From contig JADJRG010000022.1 of assembly GCA_016712315.1 (NCBI GenBank), positions 866,522-930,521 on the forward strand: 64,000 bases of DNA. Reading direction: 5' to 3'. The position numbers and the translations under genes were made by a program. The stretch comes from Nannocystis sp. Lineage in GTDB: Bacteria; Myxococcota_A; Polyangia; Nannocystales; Nannocystaceae. Shown in pieces: positions 1-11,860 of the stretch. Numbering within the stretch: position 1 is the first letter of the stretch; the number at the start of each line of letters is the position of its first letter. The notes below the pieces were generated by a model that had not been told where the DNA came from, ran no database searches, and saw only the letters and a program-made list of their open reading frames with translations.

Positions 1-1204
1 CATCCTCGTCGCTCAGCAGGCCGACCTCGCCCGAGGTGACGATCTCAGCCAACACCCCTCGCGCGAGGTATTCTGCCATCTCGGCGCCGCGCGCAGGGTG
101 ATGCGATACGTCGAGCCAGATCTGGAGGGCATCCGCCACTGGTACCCCATCAACCACGGTCGCCCCGCGAAAGACAGAGCTGGCGAATCGAGGCCGGCGA
201 ACAAAGACGTCTACGCGCTCACCGACGCCTGCCACCATCAAGCCGAGGCGCTCAAGCTCTCCAGCTTGCGGGTCCTCGTGCAGGAGGAAAGGCGCGACAC
301 CCTCGACGAAGCCCTGTCCGAGCACCTCGGCTGCGGCGAAGAGCCCGAGCGCCCGACGAGGATCGCCCTCACGCGCAGCATCAACCGCGCGTATCGCCGA
401 GGAGAGTCGCTCGAGCGAGCCCAACCGCGACGGAAAGAGCCATCGTGTGCGGATGTCGAGGCCGCCACGCAAGCTCGCGGCCCGCCAACGAGCCATGAGA
501 ACATCCGTCTGCAGCGGCCTCAGCGGCTCCGGATGGCTGAGCAGCCCCTCCTGCTGCAGCGCGCTGACCGTTCGCCAGGCCACGGGGCCCGACACCCCCG
601 CCACCCTGGCGAGCTCGCTCGCGTTGCGAATCGGTCGCCCCACACGCAGCCCACGCGCGACGATCTGCAGCGCAGGAGGCAAGCGATGGCTGAGCAGCAC
701 CTTGAGGCACCACTGGCCGAGATCCGAGAAGACATTCGCCGGGTTCGACGGAGCGACCCCCTCGCCACGCGGCGTAAACACCTCGTCCGCCGAAACTGCC
801 TCGATCTCCTCCAGACCCTGGCCGTGGAGCTCCATCAGCCCAGCCTCATCCAACACGCCCCATGACGTCCCCTCGCCAAAATCCTCCAAGAACTGTCTCA
901 GCTCGTGAACCATGGATGGCGAGAGGCGCGGCGCCCCCACGATGACCATCGGGGCTCCTTTCACCATAGAGGCGTACTTTCGAGCCCGCAGCAGGCCTGC
1001 GGCAGCGAGCGAGATCACCCCTCTCGTCCGCCCTTCTCTCGCGGTCTGCACTTCGACCGCGTACACGAGCGCACCGCGTCGCGCGATCAAGTCAGCTCGA
1101 TGGCCTGGGCCGACCTGCACCTCCTGTTCGACCGACCAGCCATGGGCCCTCAGAACGACGAGCAGACGCTCAATGACGCGATTCTCCGTGAGTTCGGCCC
1201 CCAT
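1..1204 (-). CDS. hypothetical protein, 3' partial (runs off window start); N-terminal restriction-endonuclease-like (PD-(D/E)xK-like) region
   Basis: My own minus-strand translation: the ATG at 1204 is the first start after an in-frame TAG, and the frame is open down to position 1, giving more than 400 aa (MGAELTENRVIERLLVVLRAHGWSVEQEVQVGPGHRADLIARRGALVYAVEVQ...). It is absent from the ORF track only because it has no stop inside the window. Its composition is balanced, unlike the in-register plus ORF 98..865, which is R/Q/H/P-rich and which I treat as the antisense shadow. Confidence 0.55.
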   Translation of the reverse strand, partial: MGAELTENRVIERLLVVLRAHGWSVEQEVQVGPGHRADLIARRGALVYAVEVQTAREGRTRGVISLAAAGLLRARKYASMVKGAPMVIVGAPRLSPSMVHELRQFLEDFGEGTSWGVLDEAGLMELHGQGLEEIEAVSADEVFTPRGEGVAPSNPANVFSDLGQWCLKVLLSHRLPPALQIVARGLRVGRPIRNASELARVAGVSGPVAWRTVSALQQEGLLSHPEPLRPLQTDVLMARWRAASLRGGLDIRTRWLFPSRLGSLERLSSAIRAVDAAREGDPRRALGLFAAAEVLGQGFVEGVAPFLLHEDPQAGELERLGLMVAGVGERVDVFVRRPRFASSVFRGATVVDGVPVADALQIWLDVSHHPARGAEMAEYLARGVLAEIVTSGEVGLLSDED

Positions 1205-1240
1205 CGCCTCGCCAGGCTATTTCACTCACACTCTACTGTC

Positions 1241-1298
1241 AATTTCTCAACCAAGAAATCTTTCTCAACCAAGAAATCTTTCTCAACCAAGAAATCCC
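1241..1298. repeat. 18-bp direct repeat x3 (tctcaaccaagaaatctt), AT-rich
   Basis: Copies at 1245-1262, 1263-1280 and 1281-1298, with a partial copy before. It lies between the VWA gene stop (1348) and the start of the partial gene (1204). Confidence 0.9.
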
Positions 1299-1347
1299 CA
1301 TGAGCCCGGGCCCGCAGCCCGAGCCGCCCCACGTTCGAGCGAACTCG

Positions 1348-2598
1348 CTAGCCCGAGGGCGGGCACTTATAGCTCGCGTTCAGCGACCCGCTCTGCTTGA
1401 ACAGGCTGCAAGCCTGCCCGCACAGCTCGACCGTCGTGAACATCTCGTCGACGTAGCGCCAGCCGTCCTCGGTCGCGCAGTCGTTCACGGTCGCCTTACC
1501 GAAGTTCACCCCGCCGACGTTCAGCTCGACGAAGCTCGGGAACGTCGGCGCGGGCGCCAGCGAGATCACGCAAGAGACCACCGCTCCGGCGATCTCTGTC
1601 AGCGCCGCTGAGAGCTGCGTCTGGTCGTTCGCGTTGTAGAAGCGCTCGCTGGGGTCGTCCTTGGGCCGCCCGCCCGCGACCGCCAGCGCGTTCAGCTCCT
1701 GGTACGTGTTCACCGAGTTCGGGCTGCCGTCGGTCAACTCCGGCGACAGCTCATCTCGGATATCGATCCCCACCACGAACGTCGGCACCGCCGCTGCCAG
1801 CGCCGCCTCGACCAGCGGCAGCAGGTGCGGGTCATAGGTCTCGAAGCGCTCGTGATGGTTCGCCGCGTCTGCGCGGCAGTTCGCCGCCCCGTCCGTCACC
1901 AGCACGATGTACTGCGGCAGCCCGTCGCTCAGCGTCGACAGGTGCCCGAAGGCCAGCTCGATCCCGCGCGTCGCCGGCGTCCCGCCAGCGAGCGTCATCT
2001 CCGTCGAATTCGGCGACGGCAGCGCCACCAGCACCGCCTCCCCGTTTTGATCCGCGACCGGCACGTCCACCGCGTCGCTCATCAAGCACGCCCCCTCGTC
2101 GTACGTCTTCGTCGCCATCAGCCCCGGGAACAGCACCGCGCCCAAGTTCAGCGACCCGTTGTACGAGCTCACTACCTGCTCGACCACCCCGTGCAAGCTC
2201 CGCCAGCGGGTGATCGGCGGCGTGACAGGGTCGCCGTCGTGGTCCCACGTGTTCGCGACCATCGAGCCCGATTTATCGAGCACCAGCACCATGTTCGCCG
2301 CCTGCACCGGCACCGTGATCGCCACCTCCCCGCAGTTCTCCGGGTCGAGCTGGCACTCCCCCTCCACGCAGACAAAACCAGCCGCGCAACCGCCGTCGAG
2401 CACACACTCAGGCGCCCCCGTCGTCTCGCTCGTCGTCGACCCCGTCGACAGGGTCGTGAACGTCGTGCTCGACGTGCCGGACCCGTCGCTCTCGCTGGTC
2501 TGCACCACGTCTGTGAAGCAACCCAGCGCCGCCGCCGCCAAGAGCGCCGCTCGCCGCGCTGCTGCTCCTCCCCAGACCACACGGCAGCGTATCCACAC
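1348..2598 (-). CDS. von Willebrand factor A (VWA) domain lipoprotein
   Basis: Signal peptide with lipobox (AALGC), then a Ser/Thr-rich linker and a Cys-rich module. It carries the VWA MIDAS motif VLVLDKSGSM and the second VWA motif IVLVTDGAAN. GC3 is high. Confidence 0.85.
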   Translation of the reverse strand: MWIRCRVVWGGAAARRAALLAAAALGCFTDVVQTSESDGSGTSSTTFTTLSTGSTTSETTGAPECVLDGGCAAGFVCVEGECQLDPENCGEVAITVPVQAANMVLVLDKSGSMVANTWDHDGDPVTPPITRWRSLHGVVEQVVSSYNGSLNLGAVLFPGLMATKTYDEGACLMSDAVDVPVADQNGEAVLVALPSPNSTEMTLAGGTPATRGIELAFGHLSTLSDGLPQYIVLVTDGAANCRADAANHHERFETYDPHLLPLVEAALAAAVPTFVVGIDIRDELSPELTDGSPNSVNTYQELNALAVAGGRPKDDPSERFYNANDQTQLSAALTEIAGAVVSCVISLAPAPTFPSFVELNVGGVNFGKATVNDCATEDGWRYVDEMFTTVELCGQACSLFKQSGSLNASYKCPPSG

Positions 2599-2671
2599 CC
2601 GCCCGTCGCCGACAAGCGACCGCCCGCGCCGCGGCCGACGCCCCCCAGAGAGCGCCCCCGCGCGGCCCAGC

Positions 2672-4375
<1,704 letters not shown>

Positions 4376-4423
4376 GGCCGCCCCAGGACAGCCCAGAGCG
4401 GCCGCGAATGCAAGCGCCGCCGC

Positions 4424-5296
4424 TCACGACGGGTTGTAGCTGTACTGCACGCTGTAGGACACGCACGCGTCCTCGGGCGCCTGATCGAGCCGCAGCCGCA
4501 GATCCGCGCTCTCGTTGCTGGTCCCGCCGCAGTTGAGCTCGAACGACAGATCGCCGGCCCCGCAGCAGCCCGTCCAGCCCTCCGGCGACGTCGCCTGCAT
4601 CGACCCTTGCGGGCACTCGAGCTGCGTACTGCCCTGCAGGCAGCGCGCGAAGGCGCACAGCCGCAGATCGCCGTCCGCCATCAACACGTGCGCCGCCAGC
4701 GGATCCGAATTCGCCTGAACGCACTGCTGCCAGCTCCCGCGGTAGGTGAACCAGTCCACGTCCTGCGCCCCATCCAGCACCCCCGAGAGCGCCCCTGCCA
4801 TCGCCATGCAGCCTTGCATCCCCAGATCGATCGCCGCCGTCTCCTCCTCATTCGGCTCCGGCCCCGGGTCCTCACACAGCGGCTGCCCGGTCGTCGCGTC
4901 GCTCGTGCTCGCGTCGCTCGTGCTCGCATCGCTCGTCGACGGCTCGCCCGTCGACGGCTCGCCCGTGCTCGGCTCGCCGGTCGTGCCTGTCGTCTCGCCG
5001 CTGGTCGAGCCGGACGATCCCCCCGCGCACTCACAGATCCCGAAGCTGTTGCCGTCTGGATTACAGACCTGCGCCCCCATCGTCCCGTTCGGGCAGGCGC
5101 ACGCCACGCTCGCGCCCGGCACGCACGCGCCGCCGCCGCTCGTCGAGCCGCCGCTCGTCGATCCGCCGCTCGTCGTGTCGGTGTCACTATCGCCGGTGCT
5201 GCTCGCGCTCGCGCTCGCCCCGGCCGAGTCGTCGCCGCAAGCGACCGGCGCCGCCGCGAGCCCGAATACTAGGAAATACAAGGATGGTCTGTGCAT
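4424..5296 (-). CDS. secreted Cys-rich lipoprotein with GEPST/SDAST short repeats
   Basis: Signal peptide with lipobox (VAC). It contains a Gly/Ser/Thr-rich linker, GEPSTGEPSTGEPSTSDASTSDASTSDA repeats, and many conserved Cys. Confidence 0.65.
   Translation of the reverse strand: MHRPSLYFLVFGLAAAPVACGDDSAGASASASSTGDSDTDTTSGGSTSGGSTSGGGACVPGASVACACPNGTMGAQVCNPDGNSFGICECAGGSSGSTSGETTGTTGEPSTGEPSTGEPSTSDASTSDASTSDATTGQPLCEDPGPEPNEEETAAIDLGMQGCMAMAGALSGVLDGAQDVDWFTYRGSWQQCVQANSDPLAAHVLMADGDLRLCAFARCLQGSTQLECPQGSMQATSPEGWTGCCGAGDLSFELNCGGTSNESADLRLRLDQAPEDACVSYSVQYSYNPS
4895..4985. repeat. 15-bp coding tandem repeats (gcgtcgctcgtgctc x3, gacggctcgcccgtc x2-3)
   Basis: These are visible in the sequence and encode the GEPST/SDAST repeats of the lipoprotein. 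Confidence 0.8.
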
Positions 5297-5343
5297 CCTC
5301 GCTGCCTACCACAGAACGCGCCTGAGCACGCCGCGAGCGAAGG

Positions 5344-8300
5344 TCAACCCGGGCGCCCGCTCACCGCCGGGCGGACGTCTTCGACCGCTGGCGCGAACAT
5401 CCGAGAGATCCGCCGAGGGTTTTGGATCCCTTGCTCGCTCATAAAGAGCTCCGCGACGCTCACCATCTCAGCGCCCACCTCGCCGCCGATCAAGATCCCG
5501 CCGAGCCGCCGCGCCACCGCCGCGTGCAGCCGCATGTCAACCGCGCCGAAGCCCTCCTCCGCGCCGCGCAGCGCGACGATCGCCTCATCCGTCCGTCCCC
5601 GCATGCTCGCCAGGCTCGCCTCCACCAGATCCGCCAGCGCCCGCCCCCACGCCGCCTTCTCCCCGCGCAGCCGGCGGACATCCTCCTCGCACAGCCCCAG
5701 CAGCCCCTCCCGGTCCACGACCCCCTTACCGCCGCACAGCACCGCCAGCGCCGCGCACGCCCGCAGGTAGTGGAAGAGCAGCCGGTACCACTGCGCCTCG
5801 AACACATACGACGCCTTCAGCTGCTCCCACCGCCGCGACAGCCGCCGCCACGCCACCAAGCCCTCGGCCGCGTACAAGTCGATGTGCACGTTCGCGATGA
5901 ACGCCCACAGCCGCTGCACCGCGAAGCCCCCCTCGGACCAGCGCCCGCTCGCCGCGCCCAGCTCTGAGCGCGCCCGCAGGTGCTCATCGACCGCCAGCCA
6001 GCGGATGCACTGCGGCCCGGCGATCAGCGTCGTCTCCGCCCACATATCATCGCGCTCGCGCGCCTCGACCAGCCAGCCGCTCAGCCGCTCTGACATCTCC
6101 TTGATCCGGCCGCGGAAGAACAGCGTCATCAGCCGGTATGACTCGGTCAGCGTGATCTCGTACGAGACCCCCACGCACTCGTTGCGCAGGATCTCCTCCG
6201 CCCGCTCGAAGCGCTCCATCGCCGCCGGGAAGTCGCCGCTGTGGAACGCCGCGAAGCCCCAGCACACCGACAGCAGCCCGCGCGGGTAGGGCCCCTCCAC
6301 CTGCTGCGTCAGCGCCTGCGCGCCCGCCATCACCCGCTCCGTGCGCTCACGCGCCCGCTCCCCGCCCACCGACACATAGCCGACCTCCGCCGCCATCGCG
6401 CACGCCGCCTCGTACGCGTGACCTGTCTTGAGGGCCATATACAAGTGCTTGTTTTGGAACAGCGACGACACCAGCGGATCGATCGTCATCATCCCGCTCG
6501 CCGCGGTCCGCAGCACGCTCATCTTCAGCCGCGCCGCCGCGTCGATCGTCGCCGGGTCGCGCGCCTCGAACTTCAGCCCGCGCAGCTTCAGCCGCATCCG
6601 CTCGAAGATCAGGCTCGACCCCGCCGCCCGCCCGCTCTCGGGCAGCTGCAAGCCCACCGCCTCGATCACCCGCCGCAGCGCCGCCAGCCCGTCCGCCACG
6701 TGCCCGGAGCGCAGGTACTGCTCGGCCGCCCGCCGCCGCAGCTCCAGCGCCTCCGCCGCCGGCGCCATCTCGGCCGCCTCCAGGTAGATCTTCGCCGCAC
6801 GCGCGCCGCGCCCCCCGTTCGCCAGCGCGTCGCCGAGCTGGCACAGCAGCTCCGCCCGCCGCGGATCGCTGTGCGGCTTCAGCTCCAGCGCCAACCGGTA
6901 CAGCCGCGCCGCCCGGTCGAACGCCAGCGCCTCCGCCGCCTCCGCCGCCGCCACCTGCGCGTAGTCGCCGGCGCGCTCCCACTCCCCCGCCTCTCTGAAG
7001 TGCACCGCCAGCGTGTCCGAGTCGAAGTCGCCGGTCGCCTCGAGCGCGAACGCCAGGTCGCGATGGCGCTCGCGCAGCGACACCACGCTGAGGCGCGACC
7101 GCACCACCTCACGCACCCGGTCGTGATAGATCTCGACCAGCTGCGCCTCATCGACCGCGTACGTGTGCACCAGGTGCTCGCGGCGCAGCGTCGACAGCAG
7201 CGCCCGCACGTCGCCGCTCTGCCGGGCCGCCCGCAGCGCCAAGCGTTGATCGATAGGGCCGCCGAAGATCGCGATCACCTCGAGCAGCCGCCGCGACTCC
7301 GGCGTCAAGCGGGCCAGCCGCTCCTCCAGCACCTGCTCGAGCAGCACCGGCCCGCGCTGTCCGGGCGACTCCCCGCCGCCCGCCGCGTAGCGCACCAGCT
7401 CGTTGACGAAGAGCGGCGAGCCCCCCGACTCGCGCGCGATCTGGCGCGCCTGGTGCAGCTGCTGCGCCCGCGACTCCCCGCGCCCGCGCCCGCCCCCGCC
7501 CTCGCGCCCGATCCACAGCTCCGCCAGCGCCGCCGAGTCCTCCAGCGACAGCGGCCCCACCTCCAGCTCGCGCACGTCCACCTCGTCGCGCACGTGCTCG
7601 AGCAGCGCGCGGAACAGCGCCGAGGTCGCCAGCGACTCGCTGCGATAGCCCAAGATCAGCAGCAGCGCCGGCGCGTCTGGCGGCCGCAGCAGATCCGCCA
7701 GCGCCGCCGCCGAGTCGCGGTCACCCCACTGCAAGTCGTCGATGTGTAGGATCAACGATCGACGATCAGCGATCCGCGCCAGCAGCTCCTTCAGCGCCGC
7801 GAACGCGCGCCGCCGCAGCTCGCGCGGGTCGGGGATCTCCAGCGAGCGGCGCGGCGCCTCGACCACCGCCCGCACCCGCTGCAGCACCGGGAACACCCGC
7901 GCCAGCGCCGGGATGTCGCGCGGCATCAGCTCCGCCGCGCGCGCGTCAGGCAGCCGCATCAAGTAGTTGCAGAGCGCGTCGATCAAGCTGTCGAGCGCCT
8001 TATAAGACACCGACTCGCGCTCATAGCAGCGCCCTTGCAGCACCACCGCCCCGTCGCCCTCGCGCAGCATCGCCAAGAAGCGCCGCACCAGCGCCGTCTT
8101 GCCCATGCCTGAGCGCCCGTACACGTGGATCGCCACTGGCCGCCCGCGCTGGGTCGCGTCCAGCGCCTCCTTCAGCAGCCGCAGGTGATACTCCCGCCCG
8201 ACGAAGCTCGCCTCTTGCGCCGCCGCCTCGAGCACCGGCGCGACCGCCGGCTCACCCAGCCGCTTCAGCAGCTCCTTCGCCCCTGGACGCTTGCTCGGGT

Positions 8301-9156
8301 CCCGCGCCAGCAGATCCAGGCACAGCGCCTCCAGCTCCGCCGGCACCCCCGGCGTCACCTCTGAGGGTCGCCGCGGATCGACCTCTTGCTTGGCCAGCAG
8401 CATCGCCAGCCCCTTGCCGCGGAACGGCAGCTCGCCGGTCAGCGCCAAGTACACCATCGTGCCCACCGCGTACCAATCGCTCGCGACCGACGCGTCGCCG
8501 CCGCCAGCCTGCTCGGGCGACACATACGCCGGCGTGCCCACCATATCGCCCCCGGACGAGCGCATCGTCTCCACCAGCGACTCGCTCACCAGGCCGAAGT
8601 CCAGCAGCACCAGCCGCCCCTTGCTGGTCACCAGCACGTTCGACGGCTTGATGTCGCGGTGCAGCTTGCCGGTCGCGTGGATCGCCCCGAGCCCGCTCGC
8701 GAGCTGTCGCAGCGCCGATCGCAGCCGCTGATACAGCGCCGGCCGCGCCTCGGGGTCGTCCGGATCAGCCCCCCGCACGTACGCGACGAAGTCGACCCCG
8801 TCGACGAACTCCATCGTGAAGAAGATCTGCTCCCCCTCGGAGAACAGCTCGTACAGGTTGATCACGTTCGGGTGCGAGACGTCCGCCAGCGCCCGGAATT
8901 CCCGCTTAAAGCGGTACAGCGCCAGCGGGCTCACCCCGAGCAGCGTCTTAAGCGCCACCCACTCGTCGCGCTCGCGGTCCAGCGCCTCGTACACCACCCC
9001 CATCCCGCCCGCGCCGATCCGACGGCGCACGCTGAAGCGCTTGTTGCTCGCGAAGTCGATGAGCTGCAGGTTGTCGCCGACAGTCGGCGTCTTCGCGTCG
9101 ACCGCCGACTCCCCCGGGGGATGGCTCGGCGCCGCCGGTTCATCCCCGTCAGCCAT
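5344..9156 (-). CDS. Ser/Thr protein kinase fused to STAND/AAA ATPase and TPR-like helical repeats
   Basis: Kinase motifs HRDIKPSNVL, DFGL and GTPAYVSPE are at the N-terminus. The central region has the P-loop GRSGMGKTAL, and the C-terminus is helical-repeat-rich. The start was chosen at MADGDEP (ATG 9154-9156), not at the upstream Arg-rich extension of the ORF. Confidence 0.85.
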   Translation of the reverse strand: MADGDEPAAPSHPPGESAVDAKTPTVGDNLQLIDFASNKRFSVRRRIGAGGMGVVYEALDRERDEWVALKTLLGVSPLALYRFKREFRALADVSHPNVINLYELFSEGEQIFFTMEFVDGVDFVAYVRGADPDDPEARPALYQRLRSALRQLASGLGAIHATGKLHRDIKPSNVLVTSKGRLVLLDFGLVSESLVETMRSSGGDMVGTPAYVSPEQAGGGDASVASDWYAVGTMVYLALTGELPFRGKGLAMLLAKQEVDPRRPSEVTPGVPAELEALCLDLLARDPSKRPGAKELLKRLGEPAVAPVLEAAAQEASFVGREYHLRLLKEALDATQRGRPVAIHVYGRSGMGKTALVRRFLAMLREGDGAVVLQGRCYERESVSYKALDSLIDALCNYLMRLPDARAAELMPRDIPALARVFPVLQRVRAVVEAPRRSLEIPDPRELRRRAFAALKELLARIADRRSLILHIDDLQWGDRDSAAALADLLRPPDAPALLLILGYRSESLATSALFRALLEHVRDEVDVRELEVGPLSLEDSAALAELWIGREGGGGRGRGESRAQQLHQARQIARESGGSPLFVNELVRYAAGGGESPGQRGPVLLEQVLEERLARLTPESRRLLEVIAIFGGPIDQRLALRAARQSGDVRALLSTLRREHLVHTYAVDEAQLVEIYHDRVREVVRSRLSVVSLRERHRDLAFALEATGDFDSDTLAVHFREAGEWERAGDYAQVAAAEAAEALAFDRAARLYRLALELKPHSDPRRAELLCQLGDALANGGRGARAAKIYLEAAEMAPAAEALELRRRAAEQYLRSGHVADGLAALRRVIEAVGLQLPESGRAAGSSLIFERMRLKLRGLKFEARDPATIDAAARLKMSVLRTAASGMMTIDPLVSSLFQNKHLYMALKTGHAYEAACAMAAEVGYVSVGGERARERTERVMAGAQALTQQVEGPYPRGLLSVCWGFAAFHSGDFPAAMERFERAEEILRNECVGVSYEITLTESYRLMTLFFRGRIKEMSERLSGWLVEARERDDMWAETTLIAGPQCIRWLAVDEHLRARSELGAASGRWSEGGFAVQRLWAFIANVHIDLYAAEGLVAWRRLSRRWEQLKASYVFEAQWYRLLFHYLRACAALAVLCGGKGVVDREGLLGLCEEDVRRLRGEKAAWGRALADLVEASLASMRGRTDEAIVALRGAEEGFGAVDMRLHAAVARRLGGILIGGEVGAEMVSVAELFMSEQGIQNPRRISRMFAPAVEDVRPAVSGRPG

Positions 9157-9295
9157 CCAGGTCAGCGAGGCCGACCCGCTGTCGCTCCGCTCCCTCACCG
9201 CCGCTCGTTTATACGCCGCCGCCGCCCCGCTGTCTGATCGGCGGCCGCGCTCGCCCTGGCCGATCGCGCGGCCGCCGACATCCCCACGCCGACCA

Positions 9296-10396
9296 TCAAC
9301 CCTCCTCGACCATATTCGGGAAGTGCCGCAGGTACGCCAAGAAGCGCGGACCGACCGCCCGCTCCGCCAGCGCCGCCGCCGAGAGCGGCCCCCGCGTCGG
9401 CGTAAAGCCCTCTTTTTGCGCCTCACGCGGCCAGTCAGGGTTCAGGATCGCCGCCCGCCCCAGCGCCACCGCGTCCGCGCCGAGCGCCAGCGTCGCCGCC
9501 GCGTCCGCCACCGTCCAGATCTTGCCCGCCGCGATGATCGGCAGCGAGCGCGGCAGCGCCGCCCGCAGGCGCGGCAGCACGCTCTCCTCCGGGTACTTCA
9601 GGCTGCTCTTGTGCACGTCCCACAGCGACGCGTGGATAAAGTCCGCGCCCTCCTCCGCGAGCCACTGCGCCACCGTCACCGACTCATCCAGGTCGAGCCC
9701 GCGCGCGTAGCCGAAGTCCTCGAGCGAGAGCCGCACCCCGACCACGAAGCCCGCCGGCGTCGCCGCTCGCACCTGCCGCAGCGCCTCGCGGAGCAGCCGC
9801 GCGCGCCCGCGCAGATCGCCTCCCCACGCGTCCGCGCGCGTATTCATCGTCCTGCTCAAAAATTGGCTGAACAAATAGCCGTGCGCCCCGTGCAGCTCTA
9901 CCCCGCCGAACCCCGCCGCCACGCAGCGCCGCGCCGCCGCCACGAACGCCGCCAGCACCGCCTCGAGATCCCCCTCGGTCGCCGCCCGCGGCCGCTCGAA
10001 CCCCTCCCGCTCCTCCTCGAACTCGCTCGCGCTCCACGGCCGCTGCCCGGTCAACCGCGAGGGCGAGCGCACCCCGCCGTGATAGAGCTGCACCAGCCCC
10101 AGCGCGCCCGTCGCCGCGATCGCCGCCGCCAAGCGGCGCAGCCCTGGCAGGTGCGCGTCGCTCCACACCCCGAGCTGCCCCTCAAAGCCCTTGCCGGTCG
10201 CGCACACGTGCGCCGCGCAGGTCTCGACGATCCCGAAGCCGCCGGTCGCGCGCCGCACCAACCAGCGCAGCTCATCCTCGGAGAGCGTCCCGTCCTCCTC
10301 GCTCTGTTGGTTGGTCAGCGGCGCCAGCGCCACGCGGTTCGGCGCCGACGCGCCGCAGGGGAACAGGAGCGGTTCAAACAGCGAGGGTGCTGACAT
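9296..10396 (-). CDS. NADH:flavin oxidoreductase, Old Yellow Enzyme family
   Basis: OYE-like N-terminus MSAPSLFEPLLFP..NRVALAPLT. The translation is consistent with a TIM-barrel FMN oxidoreductase (HGAHGYLFSQFLS). The start ATG is at 10394-10396. Confidence 0.85.
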   Translation of the reverse strand: MSAPSLFEPLLFPCGASAPNRVALAPLTNQQSEEDGTLSEDELRWLVRRATGGFGIVETCAAHVCATGKGFEGQLGVWSDAHLPGLRRLAAAIAATGALGLVQLYHGGVRSPSRLTGQRPWSASEFEEEREGFERPRAATEGDLEAVLAAFVAAARRCVAAGFGGVELHGAHGYLFSQFLSRTMNTRADAWGGDLRGRARLLREALRQVRAATPAGFVVGVRLSLEDFGYARGLDLDESVTVAQWLAEEGADFIHASLWDVHKSSLKYPEESVLPRLRAALPRSLPIIAAGKIWTVADAAATLALGADAVALGRAAILNPDWPREAQKEGFTPTRGPLSAAALAERAVGPRFLAYLRHFPNMVEEG

Positions 10397-10530
10397 CGAC
10401 ACAACACCTACCACCGCCGCCGATCCTCCACGCGCGTGAGTTTACGGCCACGCAGGCGCGCATCCATGTGAGATCGCACAATCCATCGATCCACCGCCGC
10501 GGCCGCGCCCCCGTGATACGCCAGCTCCCC

Positions 10531-11745
10531 ATGCGCTTCGATGACGCACACACGCCCGTAATCGTCGCCGCCGTTCGCACCCCGATCGGCCGCTTCCGCG
10601 GCGCCCTCGCCTCCCTTCGCCCCGACGATCTCGCCGCCATGGTCGTCCGCGCGATCGCCGAGCGCAACAGCGCCGCGATCGAGCAGCTCGAGGACGTGTA
10701 CTTCGGCGCCGCCAACCAAGCCGGCGAGGACAACCGCAACGTCGCCCGCATGGCCGCCCTGCTCGCCGGCCTGCCGGTAGAGATCCCCGGCGTCACCGTC
10801 AACCGCCTCTGCGGCTCGGGCATGGAGGCCGTGCTTCAGGCCGCCAAGGCCGTCATCTCCGGCGAGGGCGAGATCTACATCGCCGGCGGCGTCGAGAGCA
10901 TGACCCGCGCCCCCTACGTCATGCCCAAGGCCAGCGAGGCCTTCGATCGCGAGGCCAAGCTCTACGACACCGCCCTCGGCTGGCGCATGGTCAACCCGAT
11001 CATGGAGCGCCTCTACCCCCCCGAGGCCCTCGGCCTCACCGCGGAGAACGTCGCCGAGCGCTACCACATCTCCCGCGAGGACCAAGATCAGTGGGCCTTC
11101 GACAGCCACCAGAAGGCCGCGGCCGCCCAAGACGACGGCATCTTCGACAACGAGGTCATCCCCGTCGAGGTCCCCCAGGGCAAGGGCGAAGATCCCCTGC
11201 GGATCACCACCGACGAGTGCGTCCGCCGCGACACCACCCTCGCCAAGCTCGCCAAGCTGAAGCCTGTCTTTAAGGCCAGCGGCACCGTCACCGCCGGCAA
11301 CGCCTCCCCCCTCAACGACGGCGCCTCCGCCCTCCTGATCACCAGCTTACAAAAGGCCCACAACCTCGGCCTCCAGCCGATGGCGCGGATCGTCGCCTGG
11401 GGCCACGCTGGCGTGCACCCTGGCGTCATGGGCATCGGCCCCGTACCCGCCACCCGCAAGGCGCTGCGCCGCGCCGGCCTCGACGTCAAAGACATCGACG
11501 TCGCCGAGCTCAACGAGGCCTTCGCCGCCCAGGTCGTCGCCTCCATCCGCCAGCTCGGCATCGACCCCGCCCGGGTCAACCGCGCCGGCGGGGCGATCGC
11601 CCTCGGCCACCCCCTCGGCTGCTCCGGCGCCCGGATCGTCACCACCCTCGCCCACGGCCTCCAGCAGAGCCGCAGCCGCTACGGCCTCGCCAGCATGTGC
11701 ATCGGCGTCGGCCAAGGCATCGCCTGCGTGATTGAGCGCGCCTGA
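10531..11745 (+). CDS. acetyl-CoA C-acyltransferase (thiolase)
   Basis: Thiolase signatures: the N-terminal active-site region NRLCGSGMEAV and the C-terminal regions GHPLGCSGARIV and CIGVGQGIA. The start is at ATG 10531, which removes the junk N-terminal extension of the ORF. Confidence 0.9.
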   Translation: MRFDDAHTPVIVAAVRTPIGRFRGALASLRPDDLAAMVVRAIAERNSAAIEQLEDVYFGAANQAGEDNRNVARMAALLAGLPVEIPGVTVNRLCGSGMEAVLQAAKAVISGEGEIYIAGGVESMTRAPYVMPKASEAFDREAKLYDTALGWRMVNPIMERLYPPEALGLTAENVAERYHISREDQDQWAFDSHQKAAAAQDDGIFDNEVIPVEVPQGKGEDPLRITTDECVRRDTTLAKLAKLKPVFKASGTVTAGNASPLNDGASALLITSLQKAHNLGLQPMARIVAWGHAGVHPGVMGIGPVPATRKALRRAGLDVKDIDVAELNEAFAAQVVASIRQLGIDPARVNRAGGAIALGHPLGCSGARIVTTLAHGLQQSRSRYGLASMCIGVGQGIACVIERA

Positions 11746-11860
11746 GCGCGCCTGAGCGCGCGTAGAAGTCTCCGATCGCCGATCCCGGCGGTGATCGCCG
11801 TCACCCGTCGACGCGCCACTAATTTCCGCGCCGCGCCCTTTCGGCGACACTCCCGCGCAC

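Noticed and set aside
98-865. 255-aa plus-strand ORF with high GC3
   Set aside because: It is exactly codon-in-register antisense to the long open minus-strand frame 1..1204. Its product is R/Q/H/P-rich with no motifs, whereas the minus-strand product has a balanced composition and a nuclease-like motif. I treat it as a shadow ORF.
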